From contig OX597815.1 in assembly GCA_951406725.2 (NCBI GenBank), positions 202,616,001 to 202,680,000 on the forward strand: a stretch of 64,000 bases of DNA, given 5' to 3'. The position numbers and the translations under genes are program-made. Origin of the DNA: Octopus vulgaris. Its lineage: Eukaryota. Each line of letters begins with the position of its first letter. The first letter of the stretch is position 1. Shown here piece after piece: positions 14,246-29,543 of the stretch. The notes below the pieces were generated by a model. The model did not search any database. It was not told the origin of the DNA and saw only the letters and a list, made by a program, of their open reading frames with translations.

Positions 14246-15475
14246 AATTCACAGTTTCTCTTTATATTACGTAAATAAAATTGTGAAAGTTAAGCAATTT
14301 TTTAAACTTATCTTCTAACTATTAAAATCAAAGCTTTCCAGATGGTATGCAGAGTCAATGATCTCATTCAAAAAGAAGCGTTTCATAATTGAATAACTTA
14401 TACTTATGAAGGAATCCGAAGATTCATCCTTTAATACTAAAATAACATGGAGTTTCATATAAAATATTTCGAGACGGGTTTAATAAAAAATAGCAGAATA
14501 TCTTCTGTTCTGTAGCTGCTTTCAGTATTACATACGTTATAGTAGAACGCGACCTTCAAATATATATAAATATTTCAATGACCTTGATAAAGTGAGGAAA
14601 ATGTGTGCTTCAAATAATATACAACGCAGAAGATATGTAAATTCGTGTAACTAGTCAAGAAATTAATATTTAATAAGCAGTCTTAATATTGTATATTTGT
14701 GTATAAAATATCATAACACTGATAGTCTCAAAGGGCTCATGAGATAGAAGTGTTTCTATTGGTGTCCAATGAAACTGTCTCTGGGCAGATTGCCAATCGA
14801 CTCATCAACACATGTGCATTGCAACTTCATTTTATTAATATTACTACAATATTATACCCACTGATCCATTTCGCATGTATTACTGTAGGTCGCAGGCAAA
14901 TTAGGTTAGATATGTTTCTTCCTCAAAAAGGGTACGCATTTATTTCACTAAGTTAAACATGACAATATTTATCGTCATATGTGAATTGGTGGCTGCTATA
15001 GAGGGATAACAGCAGGGTACTAAAGCAATTATATACCAAACCGTGTTAAAGGTTTGGACCAATGAAGCCCCCACCGAAAAATCAATATTATTGAGTTTTT
15101 AGTTTCATGTTTTTCAAATCTTTATAATGAGTATAGTACAATACAACATCGTGTGCTCGTTCGTCTGAGTAATTAAATGTAATGTATGAGAATTTAATCC
15201 CCCTATTATTCTCATAGAAAGTTGTTCTGCCCATCTACCCAAAAGCAGACCCTAATTCCTAACTAGAATATTGCATAAACATTTTCTTTCTTGGTTAAAT
15301 ATATTTATTGTCATAAAGTGAGGAAAAACGAAAACTTAACAAAGCTCCATTTATATTCAAATTACCGAGTGAGTACTTTGCTAGCATTTAGTATGTGTGT
15401 GTTTATGTGGTCCGAGAATGTATGCTTTACTTCTCAGAGTATTAAAGTATTAGTGATGACACGAATGTGTGTGTA

Positions 15476-15536
<61 letters not shown>

Positions 15537-15599
15537 TCTATGTATGTATGTAAGTATGTAAGTTTGTATGTATGTTATATATATATATATATATATATA

Positions 15600-15720
15600 G
15601 GGAGTATTCACAAAAAGACAAAAGACGAGACAGCTCAGCTGGTGTAGACAACAAACAGATGTGTTAGTTTAGCACTCGGGAAGTGAAAACGTCTTTAACG
15701 TTTCGAGCCTACGCTCCTCT
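15600..15720 (-). mobile_element. Truncated microsatellite-flanked Penelope/retrozyme-like element with half hammerhead
   Basis: Minus strand GAGC-GUAG-GCUC-GAAA-CG-UU-AAAG; homologous to 38194-38320 and related to 36933-37136. Confidence 0.6.
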
Positions 15721-15734
15721 CACTCTCTCTCTCT

Positions 15735-15765
<31 letters not shown>

Positions 15766-16503
15766 CATACATGCATACATATATACATACATACGTATAT
15801 ACATATATGCACACATACATATATACATACATACATATACAGATACGTACGTACGTTCTAAATTCCGTTCTTAGTCTGTAGTTCAACTGCAAGCAATGTA
15901 CGATGTGACTCAATGTGAGATCGAATCTGAATGGAGGGCTTACAAAACGATCTGATTAACCATGCACCTTGGTCTACAACAGTTTTCGCAATTGTCTCAC
16001 ACTTCTTCCTTCATCAGAACGTCGACTTATGGATACAAGTAATTGTTAATAGTGGGTCTGCAAAATTTATGCAAACGTTTAGAAATTCAATATAATGGCT
16101 AATATAATTTTCATAAAGAATTAATATATTTTTATAAATATTTAATATTTAGTTCTATAGGATATGAAATAAATAATATCTAATTATTATTTTTTATTCA
16201 TTCCGATTCGTAACGGAAGATAGGTTGTAATCCGGTTTTCACCGAAATTCAGTTGGACCCATAGACTTGCACGTTTAAACGGTGGTGTAGTAAGGGGTGG
16301 AGGGCAGTGTCTGTATGTTAACACAACGCATCACTGAGTGAAGATCAGACGTGTGTTAGTGAAGAGAAATTTTGTTTGCTAATCAAACGCATGACTAACC
16401 ATCCATAATTCCCGGGAGTTTGATGTCATTAGCACACAGACTTGTCTCGTACTATACGTCCCTCTCTACATGTGTGTGTATGTGCGTGTGTGCATATATA
16501 TGC

Positions 16504-16552
<49 letters not shown>

Positions 16553-16556
16553 CATA

Positions 16557-16622
<66 letters not shown>

Positions 16623-17840
16623 GCCTGTGTGTATTTGTCTATTTGTCTTTATGTCCATATATGTCACTGTGTGTGCTTAGGTGGTGCTTAGTCATGGTGA
16701 GTGTAGATGTTTATATATACATGAATGTGTGTTTGGACTGAATACATTATATGTTAACCTAAGTCGTGCTGTGTACACACAAATGCGTATCACCAATTTT
16801 ATATTAAATCGTTGGGTTTTTCTGAACGGTGTGGTTGATAGAATGTAAAAATGTTAAGATAAATATGAAGATGGTTAGGATAACACTTTCAATATAAACA
16901 TATAACATCGCAGTCGGGTCAGGTTCAAATAAGTTGTGTTGCGTTGTTAATTGACGATTATTCCCCTATTGACATTGATGATGTTTAATCACATGTCAGT
17001 TCTTCTTAGAGTAAAATGCATTCCGCCCATAATAATTCCTTCCCCATTTTAAAACACAGTGTGGCCGATACGTATAAAGTAAAACGTGATGCCTTAGATT
17101 TTTGAGAATGCAAGCTTGGTCAACTTGTTTTGATCTTACCTTCGCAATTATCAGTTTCTGGGTTTGATCCATTTTGTAGTTGTGCTTCATTTCGACCGGA
17201 AACATTTCAGTAAAATTGTGTTCACGGAAACAGTATGGATGGCCGTCGGATAGAGTGTTCCCATAATTCAAATATCTTGCCTTGTCACATATTTACCATG
17301 TTTATTCAGTCTGAGAATGAAAGTAAGAGCACAAGTGTGTGAGGAATACTCAGGTGCTTATACAGTAACTTATCCGGTGTGAATTACTGTTAATTATACT
17401 GTAATTTACTGTCCAATAATTTATCACAGTAATTTAATCAGTAAGTTATTGTCTTTTTTTAAACAGCAAAATATTATCATTAGCTTTTTTCCTTTTTTTT
17501 TCTCTTAAGAATGTGAATTTAAAACAATTTGACTGTTTTGTGTATATCTGATCGACCAAACTTTCTCACTGAAATACTTATAAAGAAAATAATGGTGATA
17601 TAAGTCTTGCTCATTGAAAGAATACTGGAATACAATGCATGAAGATAAACGGTGAGTCTCTGAAGGTAGCTCATCGCTTCATCACGTATTACCTTAAATA
17701 TTTATCAGTCAACGAAGGAATCTTTTTGGCTTGACATGCAAGAAATAATAGTTCCATTCCTCTTAAGTAGAATATTACTTCCATAAAAATTATATGTAGA
17801 TATACATTACGTCTTCCAAATTTGAATGCATAAATATATA

Positions 17841-17897
<57 letters not shown>

Positions 17898-17957
17898 GCA
17901 TACACATATATACATATAGATACACATACATATACATACATATACAAACACACATAC

Positions 17958-18009
<52 letters not shown>

Positions 18010-18544
18010 CTACATACATACATACATATATCATATATATATATATAGACATGACTAAGTATTGACAGAATGATCACAGTTCAAACACACCTAGACATCG
18101 ATCGACACAGTCAGACATGACAGCAGCGAAATCAAATATCTAATTAAATCTAACAATTTTAGACCTCGGAGGGATTTCGTATCGCCAAGGTAGTATTTGA
18201 ACATAAAATGTCAATATGAAATGTAAAAAGGCACAAAATAATTGTTATACCGTTCAAATACGAATGTTCTTCAAATGATGACTAAATATGAAAATAGGTA
18301 TGCGCGTAAAGTACTTGTTATTGGGAAATTTCATCTCATATGTGTTCACAGTAGTCAATCTAAGCAAGAATACATGTATATTAGTGTGTATGCAGATGAA
18401 GTAAAGTTATTTTAACCGACAAGCTTATACACATAGATGCACAGGAATACACACGAGTAATTTAAACATATACTTGCGTAGGTGTATTTACCTTTATGTG
18501 TGTGTATGTATGTATGTGTACGCATGCACATATACGTATGTATG

Positions 18545-18626
<82 letters not shown>

Positions 18627-19317
18627 TGTCACCTGGTAGGCCTCTCATAGGTGCTACTTATAACACGTAATCAAGTACAATCTGTTTAATGGCTGGGTTG
18701 TCGGAGACAAAGTCATCAATCCCACTAGGCTTGCGGATTGAGTGTTCCTAGAAACCCACCATGTCTACAAACATAACCTATCAAAAGGACGGCTGAACCC
18801 AGTGTACGTTCAATGACTCTCTAGCAATAACACAGTCCCTCGGTTGAAAACCATTGGGAATTAGGTTCCCTTCACATTTCGTTAAATCATGGCTCTAGAC
18901 GAAGGTAATTCCCATATAAAAGCAGATATGCAGAGAATGGCCTTCATCATTCGGGAGATCTTTTGCTTGCGCTTGATATATTGGCACCCCCACATTCCTG
19001 AGTGTGCAATCCATACTGGCACAGGATACCTTGCCCTAGCCTGTTTTTGATTAAGTCAGTAAGCTAAGGAGGACACCCGCGGTATTGTGCAAGCCTGGTA
19101 GGACCTAAAGCTTTAGGTGTGCAATCACCGGCGAGACGACTATGCGATGCCCGGTCGACTGGGAAAGCACCACAGCGAACATGGAAGCCGCAGGTGTGAA
19201 CCCGTGTGTAACCGGCGCGTGTAGAATAACCTTTCGCACTAGCTTTGCTTGTATTTTGATTACGCAAAAGTCAGAGATTGTCTTTCTCAGCCACGAGTGA
19301 ACAGTGGGAAGTCATCA
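18627..19317. mobile_element. GC-richer unclassified insertion between (TA) tracts, possible solo LTR
   Basis: Begins TGTCAC just after a long (TA)n tract, ends ...TCATCA before TATATATA; no ORF or TSD seen. Confidence 0.25.
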
Positions 19318-19459
19318 TATATATAAATATTTTGGTACACATTGCTTATATCTGCCTACATTTATTATTTGTATACAAATTAGCGATTCACAAAATCATC
19401 CATAGATTTCTGTGGTGCAGAAATCTATATGCTGACAGTGATCTTTGTCTGAAAACATC

Positions 19460-19510
19460 CCAGTCGGGCCGATCCCACTGAAGAGGCTACGGCAACAAAG
19501 ACGAAACTGG
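19460..19510 (+). ncRNA. Type III hammerhead ribozyme candidate
   Basis: CCAGU-C^GGG-CCGAU-CCC-A-CUGAAGA-GGCU-loop-AGAC-GAA-ACUGG; perfect 5 bp stem III, GUC site, canonical core; one stem II mismatch and one extra A. Confidence 0.6.
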
Positions 19511-20290
19511 CCGATCAGTGTGTGAATATCTCGACCGCTTCTTTTCGGGCAATTACGGTCTCTGTCAGTATGTATGTGTACAATTATGTAGTTTGGCTGC
19601 AGCATTAGAGCGTTCAGCTCTTATTCGTAGCAACGTTGGTGTTTCTAACATACTGAGTCACATTTAATGACAGTTATACTTTTCCTCTTTGGTACACACT
19701 TCTTACAGCTGCCTACATTATAAGTGTGTGTGTATGTGTGTGTGTTTCGCCAAAAGAAAACTGATAATCTCCATTATGTCTGTGTACCCTGAGAGGACTT
19801 TTAAAACTAAGGTGAACCTGCATGCCTTCAAAAATGTCACAGATGAGATTCAAAGAGCTTATAACTATCACTTGTGTTAAAGAAATATTATACGTCTTAC
19901 ACGAGTCTTTAAAAAATAAAATAAAAAACCCCAGATGATGTTAACATTAAAAATGGTGGCAAACCATTGTTAGATATGTGTTGTTTTCACCAATTAATGT
20001 GACCTAACGGGGCATATATAGCCTAGGAGATATCTGTTAAAAAGACTGCATTTCTAACTTTTAATTTCTTCTGCTTCATCTATGGTACTTCTCTTTCTCA
20101 AAGTACGATTTAGTTGAGCAGGCTGGCGTAATTCACCGGCGACATTTTTTTCATTTCTGTCAGTCGATTTTGTTTTCCATGAAATAAACATCTGCACATC
20201 TAAATAAAGTTCTTGTACGATACCTTTGGCTTATGCTATGATCGCTTTTTTCTTTTTCTCTCGCTCTCTTTCTCACGCACACACACAAAC

Positions 20291-20343
<53 letters not shown>

Positions 20344-20348
20344 CTCTA

Positions 20349-20389
<41 letters not shown>

Positions 20390-21026
20390 CTTCAAGTTGT
20401 CACTCACCTGGAATTTACTGCTTGGACGGTCCCCCGTTTTACATACAAGCTGCTCTGCCCATCGAAATTGATTTTGCAATAAGTATGAATCAATCGACAG
20501 ATAACAAACTCTGTGTGTGTACTTATGTGTCTATGCGCGTATGTATGTGTATGCTGGAGCATCTATGCATTATGTTATAACTCATTTCGTTTTTTACTAT
20601 CCTTCTTTGTACTGAAGAATCACCGTCCAACAATTCACAACTCTTTCCGTTTCGTTTGTTTTCGTTTAATTCATTGACTAGTTCAATATTCCTTATCCTG
20701 TGGTCTCACATGGAAGAGTTAATTATTTTCCGTCACCAATTACTTGTTTTGACAGATTTTAAAAATTTAGCATACAAATTTTTTGAAATTTTTCGAATAC
20801 TAGTCATCGTGCTTTGTTGTAATAATAATTAAAACGCTGCAATTAATCTCGTTGCCCAAATTCTTTGTTATTATTTTACCTTGACTATACCGATATCTAG
20901 AAGCATGCTTATCTAAACCTACTGACACAATAAAACTAACGATACTGCTTTTAAATGCAGAGAAACCACGGCGATCTCATGCAACAGACGATAAACAAAG
21001 TTTGTGCCAATATTTGAGAGTTTTAG

Positions 21027-21240
21027 GGCGACGAGCTGGTAGAATCGTTAGCATGCCGTGTAAGATGCTTAGCAGGATTTTGTCTGTCTTCACGTTATAA
21101 GTTCAAATTCCGCTGAGATTGGCTTTCCCTTTCATCATTTCGGAGTCGATAAAATAGGTACCAGCTGAACGCTGTGGTCGATGTAATCGATTTAGCCTCA
21201 ACCCCGAAATTGCTGGGCTCGTGCCCAAATTCGAAACTAA
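21027..21240 (+). mobile_element. SINE, GCCTTTCATCC-core family
   Basis: GGCGACGAGCTGGTAGAATCGTTAGCA head, AGTTCAAATTCC B box, core motif. Confidence 0.85.
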
Positions 21241-21919
21241 TATTTGGGATCTTTTCTGTTTCAATCATTAGAATTGATCGCTGCGTATAATCCCCCCTCT
21301 CTCTCTATCCACCATTCTCTCTTTTCATCCATATATACGACGAATATATGTATGCTTGTAAAACTGTAAACATTAAATGGTTCTACATCTCAATATTACT
21401 AGAACGTCAGTAGTTATTACAAGCGTAAGTGCAAATAGATGAAAAAAGGAAAGAGGGGGAAGATGTGTGATTATCAATTGATGTTTACAATCATATCTCT
21501 TAATCTTGATCGAGGCTAGCTAACCAGGTTATCAAGCTAAAAATAAGGTGTACCGAATAACTTCCACATTTACAAGAAAGCGCCCTTGTGTATCAAACTA
21601 ATAAGTGGATGTTTAAATTCAAATTACACATACAGATCCGTTCCGACATTTCACCAATATCTAAGGTACAAATGCTGATTTATCCGAGACTTAGCCTGGA
21701 GACTGTAATTATTTCTTCCAATTTGAAATTAAGACTAAAGTAAACCGTATTCTACATTGAAGTGGTTAAGTGGCTATTGATTTCTTCTACGCCATTTTAG
21801 ATAAACCCTCGCATAGAATTGTACGTATACAAACACGCGCGCGCAAATATTCATACATACATATATACATACAAATATTCATACATACATATATATATAT
21901 ACAAACACACACACACACA

Positions 21920-22162
<243 letters not shown>

Positions 22163-22627
22163 AACACGGGTGTGTGCATTATCTATGTATGTATATAATT
22201 AAATATGTAATTAAATTCATGTATTAATACGATACATAGACACTCCTTATATCTCATGATGTAAGAACGAGCATTCAAGGAGAGTTTGTAACTTTAGGAA
22301 ACGTTGCGGTAAGTGTGATGATGTTTGGTCATTTCTAAACCGCATAAGTGCAGTGAGTATCAACTTATATACTGGATTATACTGGGGTGGTAGACTATGA
22401 TATTTAAATATCCATAATCGGCATGGTTCATGTGATAAGTCTCATGAAACTATGTAATCAGTACGGTGTTACATATCCAGAAGATGACAAGGTTTATGTT
22501 TATGAATTCGACCGAATTTATTGCCTGGGTATTAGCTTGTATCTGTATCAGTTAATCTCAAAATCGTCTCATTGCTTCTTACAAAATGTAGGCTGATCGG
22601 TCCTTAATCAGATCAATCCTCCGTAAA

Positions 22628-22825
22628 TGGCGTGCTGGCAGAATTGTTACCGCACAGAGCGAAATGCTTAGCGGCACTTCGTTTGTCTTTACGTTATGAG
22701 TTCAAATTCCAGCTATTCAACCTTTGGGGTTCGTTAAAATAAACACCAGTTCAACACTTGGGTCGAAGTAACCGACTTTTCCCCTCCCTTTAAATTGTTC
22801 TTTTTATGCAAAAATTTGAAACTAA
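22628..22825 (+). mobile_element. SINE, GCCTTTCATCC-core family (degenerate)
   Basis: GGCGTGCTGGCAGAATTGTTA...GAGTTCAAATTCC. Confidence 0.75.
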
Positions 22826-24171
22826 TACTTTCAATCGTCCTGACGTCCCGCCGACCCCCTCAAAAGACAATTATGACAATTTTATGCTGGAATATCCATG
22901 ATCATACACATACCTTTTATTATTTGACTTGCATGGGTTAAAATGCGAATTCAACAATACATGATTTGAAGTTGAATTATATACTTAACTGAACACAATT
23001 CTTAATTTGAAAGTGGAAGAAGTAATTACTCTCTTCAGACTAGGTCTTGGATAAGTCAGTATCTGCATCTGAGATATTGCAGAGAAATTAGATCGAAACT
23101 ATATGTGAAACACTCCAAGATGCTTTGCTTAAATATAGGTGTCAGTGGCTACATATTTTTTTTAGTTTCATAACCTACCTAACAATTTAAAATTAAAATT
23201 AAAATTCTCAATATGAATTGAGAAACACACATTTCTCTTTTTCGTGTGTTTTTCTTCTTTTTTTGAAGGCTCATTTACTTCATTTCCTAACCTATTTTCA
23301 GATAGTTTTGTGATGATTACTTGAAGTTCCAGCAATATATTGGAACGTTGAGCTATTCAATACATCTGAAGTTTTACCACATTTATTTAAGATTGTATAC
23401 GCTTGTGTTTGATGTGAATGAACATAACTATGATCAAAGACGTTCCTATCATGACCATCCTATTCAGCTTGAAATCAGATTTTCCCTAGTTCAACATTGT
23501 GCAATATAGCATTAATGTTTTGGAAAGTATCTACGTTGTTGTCATTTCAAATATATCTGACAGTGATTTTAGCATTTAATGTTGTTATTCTCCTGCCAAA
23601 TTTTGCTCATATTCAAACATTTAATTTAGCAAACCTTAACATTCTGAGGTTTATGATCTTAGGTATGGTTATGTGTTCCTCCGGTCATTACAATGGCCTT
23701 ATGTATTGATGATTAGTGAGGTTATTATGGCGATGCTTATGGCTATAATTATTGTCTGAGTATTGATGAATCTGATAATAACACTTGTAGTGATTATCAT
23801 AGTGGCCTTGGGTCATAGTTCATGCGATAAATATGAGGGGTGGTATGAGAAGTTCTTTTATATTGAGCTGATTTTTTTTTATAACAAAAAATCAAATAAG
23901 TTGATTAATAATTAAAACGATGATTAATGTAAGTGAACCGTGAATATGCTAGACGCAGAGTTGATTATTCTTGAAATGCAGAGTTGGAAATTGTTATGAT
24001 ATTCGTTCTATAATGCTACAGTACTTGATTCATGTAGAGTATTGATTCATTTTCCATACTATACACTAGCAATCAGTTGCAATCAGATTTTTCCCTATAT
24101 ATATATACAAATACGTACATAGATGTATGTATGAATAATAAGCGCACACATATTTTCATATTTACATCCAT

Positions 24172-24335
<164 letters not shown>

Positions 24336-24514
24336 ATGTATGTATATCGTTGTACTAAACTCTGACAATTTTTGATAGCTTGGCATCTAAAGCAGCTGGA
24401 GATGCGATAGTTTAACCCAAAGAACCGGCTATTGCAAGCAAGAATAAATATTGAAAAAAAACCATTTGGTCAAATTTGGACAACATGATAGTTTTACATA
24501 ATAGCTGCAATACG

Positions 24515-24609
<95 letters not shown>

Positions 24610-24684
24610 GAGAGATACATATATATACATAAACCACAAATAAATGACAAATTAATACATTTCTCTATTTTGCTTTTTTAAAAC

Positions 24685-24881
24685 TTTTTACTTGTTTTAG
24701 TCATTAGGCTGTGGTCATGGTGAGGCACCACCTTTGAGGCACCCAGTTCTTGTTTTGTTTTTGGGTATGCTGCGTATTCTATCGGTCTTTTGCCGTACCG
24801 CTATTTTATGGGGATGTAAACACACTATCATTGTTTCTCAAGCCTTGTTGAACACCAACACAGAAACAAAAACACACCACG

Positions 24882-24929
<48 letters not shown>

Positions 24930-24960
24930 CATCATTTCATGCGTCTCCAGTACGAATCGC
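24685..24960 (-). mobile_element. Degenerate copy of the microsatellite-bearing SINE
   Basis: TTTTACTTGTTTTAGTCATT...CTATCGGTCTTTTGCCG...GTAAACAC followed by (CA)n(TA)n. Confidence 0.65.
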
Positions 24961-25174
24961 TACTGGTGGTACTCTATCTCCTATTGAGAATGCTTTGCTG
25001 GATCAACTTTGCGGGTGCCGGAAACGGGTATATTTCTTCCCGCGACCACGTTTGCGCCAAAACCATCTGAATGTATGTGTGCCACTATGCACAAATCGAT
25101 TCACTCGTCTTATTTTCATACGAATTTCTGATCGCTCGCATGTGTGTATGTGTGTGTGTATGTATGTGTGTGTT

Positions 25175-25229
<55 letters not shown>

Positions 25230-25543
25230 CGAGATGATAACGTTTCTCTTGTCACCAGATGCATGCTTCATACTTCCGTGCCAAATTAATATTGATGATG
25301 CCATTAATTCAGAAACAATCAGTCTGGCCTGTCTTCAACGATTCCATACATTGGTCGTTGTTCATCAATCACAACTTATATAAACTTTTTATATCTCTGG
25401 CTGGTGTTCACAAGTCACAACTCGTAATAACTTTTGGCGCGATACATTCCATCCATAAACTTTGAATAACAATTTTTTCTCTCTCACAGAACTTACGATT
25501 TCTCGCTAAACGCCTTCTTCACAATCTCTCTAGCATTCATATA

Positions 25544-25958
25544 CCTATTTCTTTATTACACACAAGGGGGTAAACATAGAGGAGACAAACAAGGACAGAC
25601 ATAAGTATTAAGTCGATTACATCGACCCCAGTGCGTAAATAGTACTTAATTTATCGACCCCGAAAGGATGAAAGGCAAAGTCGACCTCGGCGGAATTTGA
25701 ACTCATAACGTAGCCGCAGACGAAATGCTTATTTCTTTACTACCCACAAGGGGCTAAACACAGAGGGGAAAAACAAAGACAGACATAGGCATTAAGTCGA
25801 TTACATCGACCCCAGTGCGTAACTGGTACTTAATTTATCGACCCCGAAAGGATGAAAGGCAAAGTCGACCTCGGCGGAATTTGAACTCACAACGTAACGG
25901 CAGACGAAATAATGCTAAGCATCTCGCCCGACGTGCTAACGTTTCTGCCAGCTCGCCA
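25544..25958 (-). mobile_element. Young SINE (GCCTTTCATCC core) with a duplicated 186 bp 3' segment
   Basis: Head GGCGAGCTGGCAGAAACGTTAGCA at ~25957; core and tail occur twice (about 25544-25729 and 25730-25915). Confidence 0.9.
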
Positions 25959-27267
25959 CCCATATACCATTATCTCTACATATTTATGTCGTACACACAA
26001 GCGCATGTACGCATACAGGGATACAGATTATTTATATACGTCTTAAAAAAATTAATCCCTGCACATTATGTCTCGTTGCCGTGTTTTATCTGTCATGTTT
26101 AAGTGTTTGTATTCCTTACATTGAATTGTTCAACATTCTTTAAGCCTTTGGCCAGTTTATATATAACACTTTTTCAATCCTTAATGTCCATGTGTGTGTG
26201 TGTGAGTGTGTGTGTGTGTGTGTGAGTGTGTGTGTTTGTGTGTGTGTGAGTGTGTGTGTGTGTGTCGGTGTCGGTGTCTGTGCGTGTGTATGGTTGTGCG
26301 TGTCTGGGTGTGTGTGACTTTGTGCCTGTGTGTGTAATCTGTATGTTTGACTTTGTGCATATGTGTGCATCCACTGTAACTAATCACATTTTAACCCCAC
26401 AAAAAAATATCCACATACTTATTCGCCGAGAATATGTGTCTAATGATTATGTCTAATGACTCTATGTCTAATGGCAAATATAGCTGCGACGGTGGCCATT
26501 ACCTGCGGGGAAATATACAAACGGTAAATGCGTCTTCTATTTTAGCCGCGCAAAAATATATATGTATATTTGCCTTACAGAAATCTGTCGTGGCACAATG
26601 GTGTTTTAACTGTCCTTATCGCAAGGGAGAGGTATTTGACGTGCCTTCTTATAAACAGTTCTCGGTCACGTTTGTGGAACATAAAGCTATCAAAATCATC
26701 CTGCATTACAAATTGTGCGAAAAGATGCTGAGAGTTTTACCACGAAATGTATTTAATACGTAAATCAAAATAACTAGAAACGATTAAGGGAAATCTTAAC
26801 ATTATTGAAATTCAAACATCACTGCTTAATTTATCTAATTTAGGTATTTATTGGTAGGAAGCTTCTACACTTAATTAATTAAATATTAGGTGGAAAAATT
26901 AAGAATATAATTGAGAAATAAGTAAAAGGGAAACAATAAATCTCAAATTAACATATAAAGACAATATGCGTTATATTTACCATATGGCAACATTCAAAGT
27001 AGTTTAGACATTTCATCGACGACTCATTTATTTATACGAATATATGTGTGTGTATATATATATATGAGTGTGTGTGTATGTGTATATATATAAATATATA
27101 TACATATCTTCATATGTATATATATATATATGTATATATATATAGAGAGAAAGATATACATACATATACATACACATCATTTCGTGTCATGATGTTATAT
27201 ATAAACTTATGCATGCATAAATGTTTTTCTGTGGCTTGTATGTGTGCGTATACATATGTATTTGTAA

Positions 27268-27309
<42 letters not shown>

Positions 27310-27539
27310 AAATGTAAATACCATCGAAGAGACTGCTCCAAAAGCTCGATAAGCAAGAAGTTAGATAGATTGTGAGATAAATAGATATATACATACATAC
27401 ATACATACATACATACATACATACATACATAAATACATACATACAGTTCAGAAAATGCACATACATACGTATGTACGTATACATACATACGTATGTACGT
27501 ATACATACATATGTATATATGTATACATATGTGTGGCGC

Positions 27540-27577
<38 letters not shown>

Positions 27578-28610
27578 GTATATATACACACACATATATA
27601 TATACATGTATATAATGAAGTAACCAATCGATTATGTGGAATTAATTGCAAGACAATAATGTGCTGAAGCTTCACGAATGGTTAAACAATCGGTGATTAT
27701 TATCTTCGCAGTCACTCCCAAGGGAGAGAAATTTAGTGCGGTGAAACAATCTATCTCACCCACCCTCTCATACTTCTAAAGTTATGTCCCATGAATATTC
27801 TAAAAACCACTTGGATAAACGCCAAACTTCAGAAGGTTTGTAAAAGCAAGTCGATCAATACTGAATAAATAGATGCTGTGTTGCTGCATTTCTTAAAATT
27901 TCAAGTTTTTCAAATGCGTATGTCTCTGTTTCACTGTCTATTAGACTAAGGTTTACTTCTTTTTTATTATTATTATTATGTTCTGGCTTATATTTGTTTT
28001 GTTGATTTAATTATTGATGTTCTTTTCTCATGTTTCTCTGTGTGTCATGTTTATTTTCTCTGTGTAAGGGTACCTATGCGTAAGGTGTGTACTTCGTTAT
28101 TAATGTATGTGTATTTATCTTTATTGAGAGTCCTATATATCTGACTTTGCGTGCCTACATAAATACACATGCCCGCGTACGCAAACATATATACATATAT
28201 ACATAATATTAATTGTATAGTATGTATTATAAAGTGCACTGCTGGCAACCCATCTATGATATGATAATAAATTTCTCAACTGGTACATAATCATATATTT
28301 AATAAACATATAAACATATTAAGTTATCTCTGCAGTTGTAGTTTTATATCCCCATGTCTGCTTTAATCGAGTTGTGATATAGCACGCATATAGTCTGCCA
28401 AATAGGAAACACGTTTTTTACGAGCCATCTCCCCATTTTTTAAATTTATCCTCCTAGGTAAATGCAATTCTTTGCTTACTTGCAGTAATGACTCTCATGA
28501 AATGCACAACACTATTATGGATATATTTCACTCTTTTGTCGTGTATATTCCTATAGACCCGTAGATTCTGTTGTTGACCACGATGCAGGCTGACATCTAT
28601 TTTAGAGTGT

Positions 28611-28813
28611 ACTCTTTTTACTCTTTTACTTGTTTCAGTCATTTGACTGCGGCCATGCTGGAGCACCGCCTTTAGTCGAGCAAATCGACCCCGAGACTTA
28701 TTCTTTGTAAGCCCAGTATTTATTCTATCTGTCTCTTTTGCCGAACAGCTATGTGATGGGGACGTAAACACACCAGCATCGGTTGTCAAGCAATGCTAGG
28801 GGGACAAACACAG

Positions 28814-28892
<79 letters not shown>

Positions 28893-29057
28893 TATACATA
28901 TATACGACAGGTTTTTTTCAGTTTCCGTCTACCAAATCTACTCACAAGGTGGTTGGCCCGGGGCTATAGCTGAAGACACTTGCCCAAGATGCCACGCAGT
29001 GGGACTGAACCCGGAACCATGTGGTTGGTTAGCAAGCTACTTACCACACAGCCACTC
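28611..29057 (-). mobile_element. tRNA-SINE with internal (TA)n tract
   Basis: Collinear with 11792-12218. Confidence 0.92.
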
Positions 29058-29543
29058 GAATAGCTTTTTCGCGCTGAGGATGCTGTATCGAAGTTTTCGT
29101 TATTGACTTTGTTACGTGAAAGAAACGAGATAACAACACGTATGTAAGTTTTTGTAGTATCCTAAGAAGAGTTGTTTGTTTGTACATATGGAGGTAGTTT
29201 TCTCAGGCACTATAAGCATTCCAGCTTATTCCAGAAACAAACTACATCATGTAACAGAGGTTTTTAATTTCTGGCAGTTTTTCTTCCTGTTGATTTTTTT
29301 TCCGCTGTCGTTTGTTCACAAAGAACTATGATAGATGGGTGAGTAATTTCTGTCCATAGTTTTTTTTATCATGTTACGCAATGAAGGTATTAAGGGCCCT
29401 GCCTATATAAAAAGAGTTATTCTACGTTGGATACATCACTGTTATTGGTTACCAATGATGGCAAAATACATTAAGCTCTCATTGCTCTAAATATGTGAGT
29501 CTTGTTTCACTCTCTATCCGGTAACTTCTGCGTGCTATGTGGA

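Noticed and set aside
16996-17335. 91 aa minus-strand ORF with an acceptor-like CTTTCATTCTCAG upstream
   Set aside because: All three frames hit stops shortly after the acceptor; no recognisable domain
23400-23650. Possible Tc1/mariner transposase remnant on the minus strand (KLNV*, I*FQ)
   Set aside because: Two weak motifs only; no TIRs or downstream SPDL-type motif
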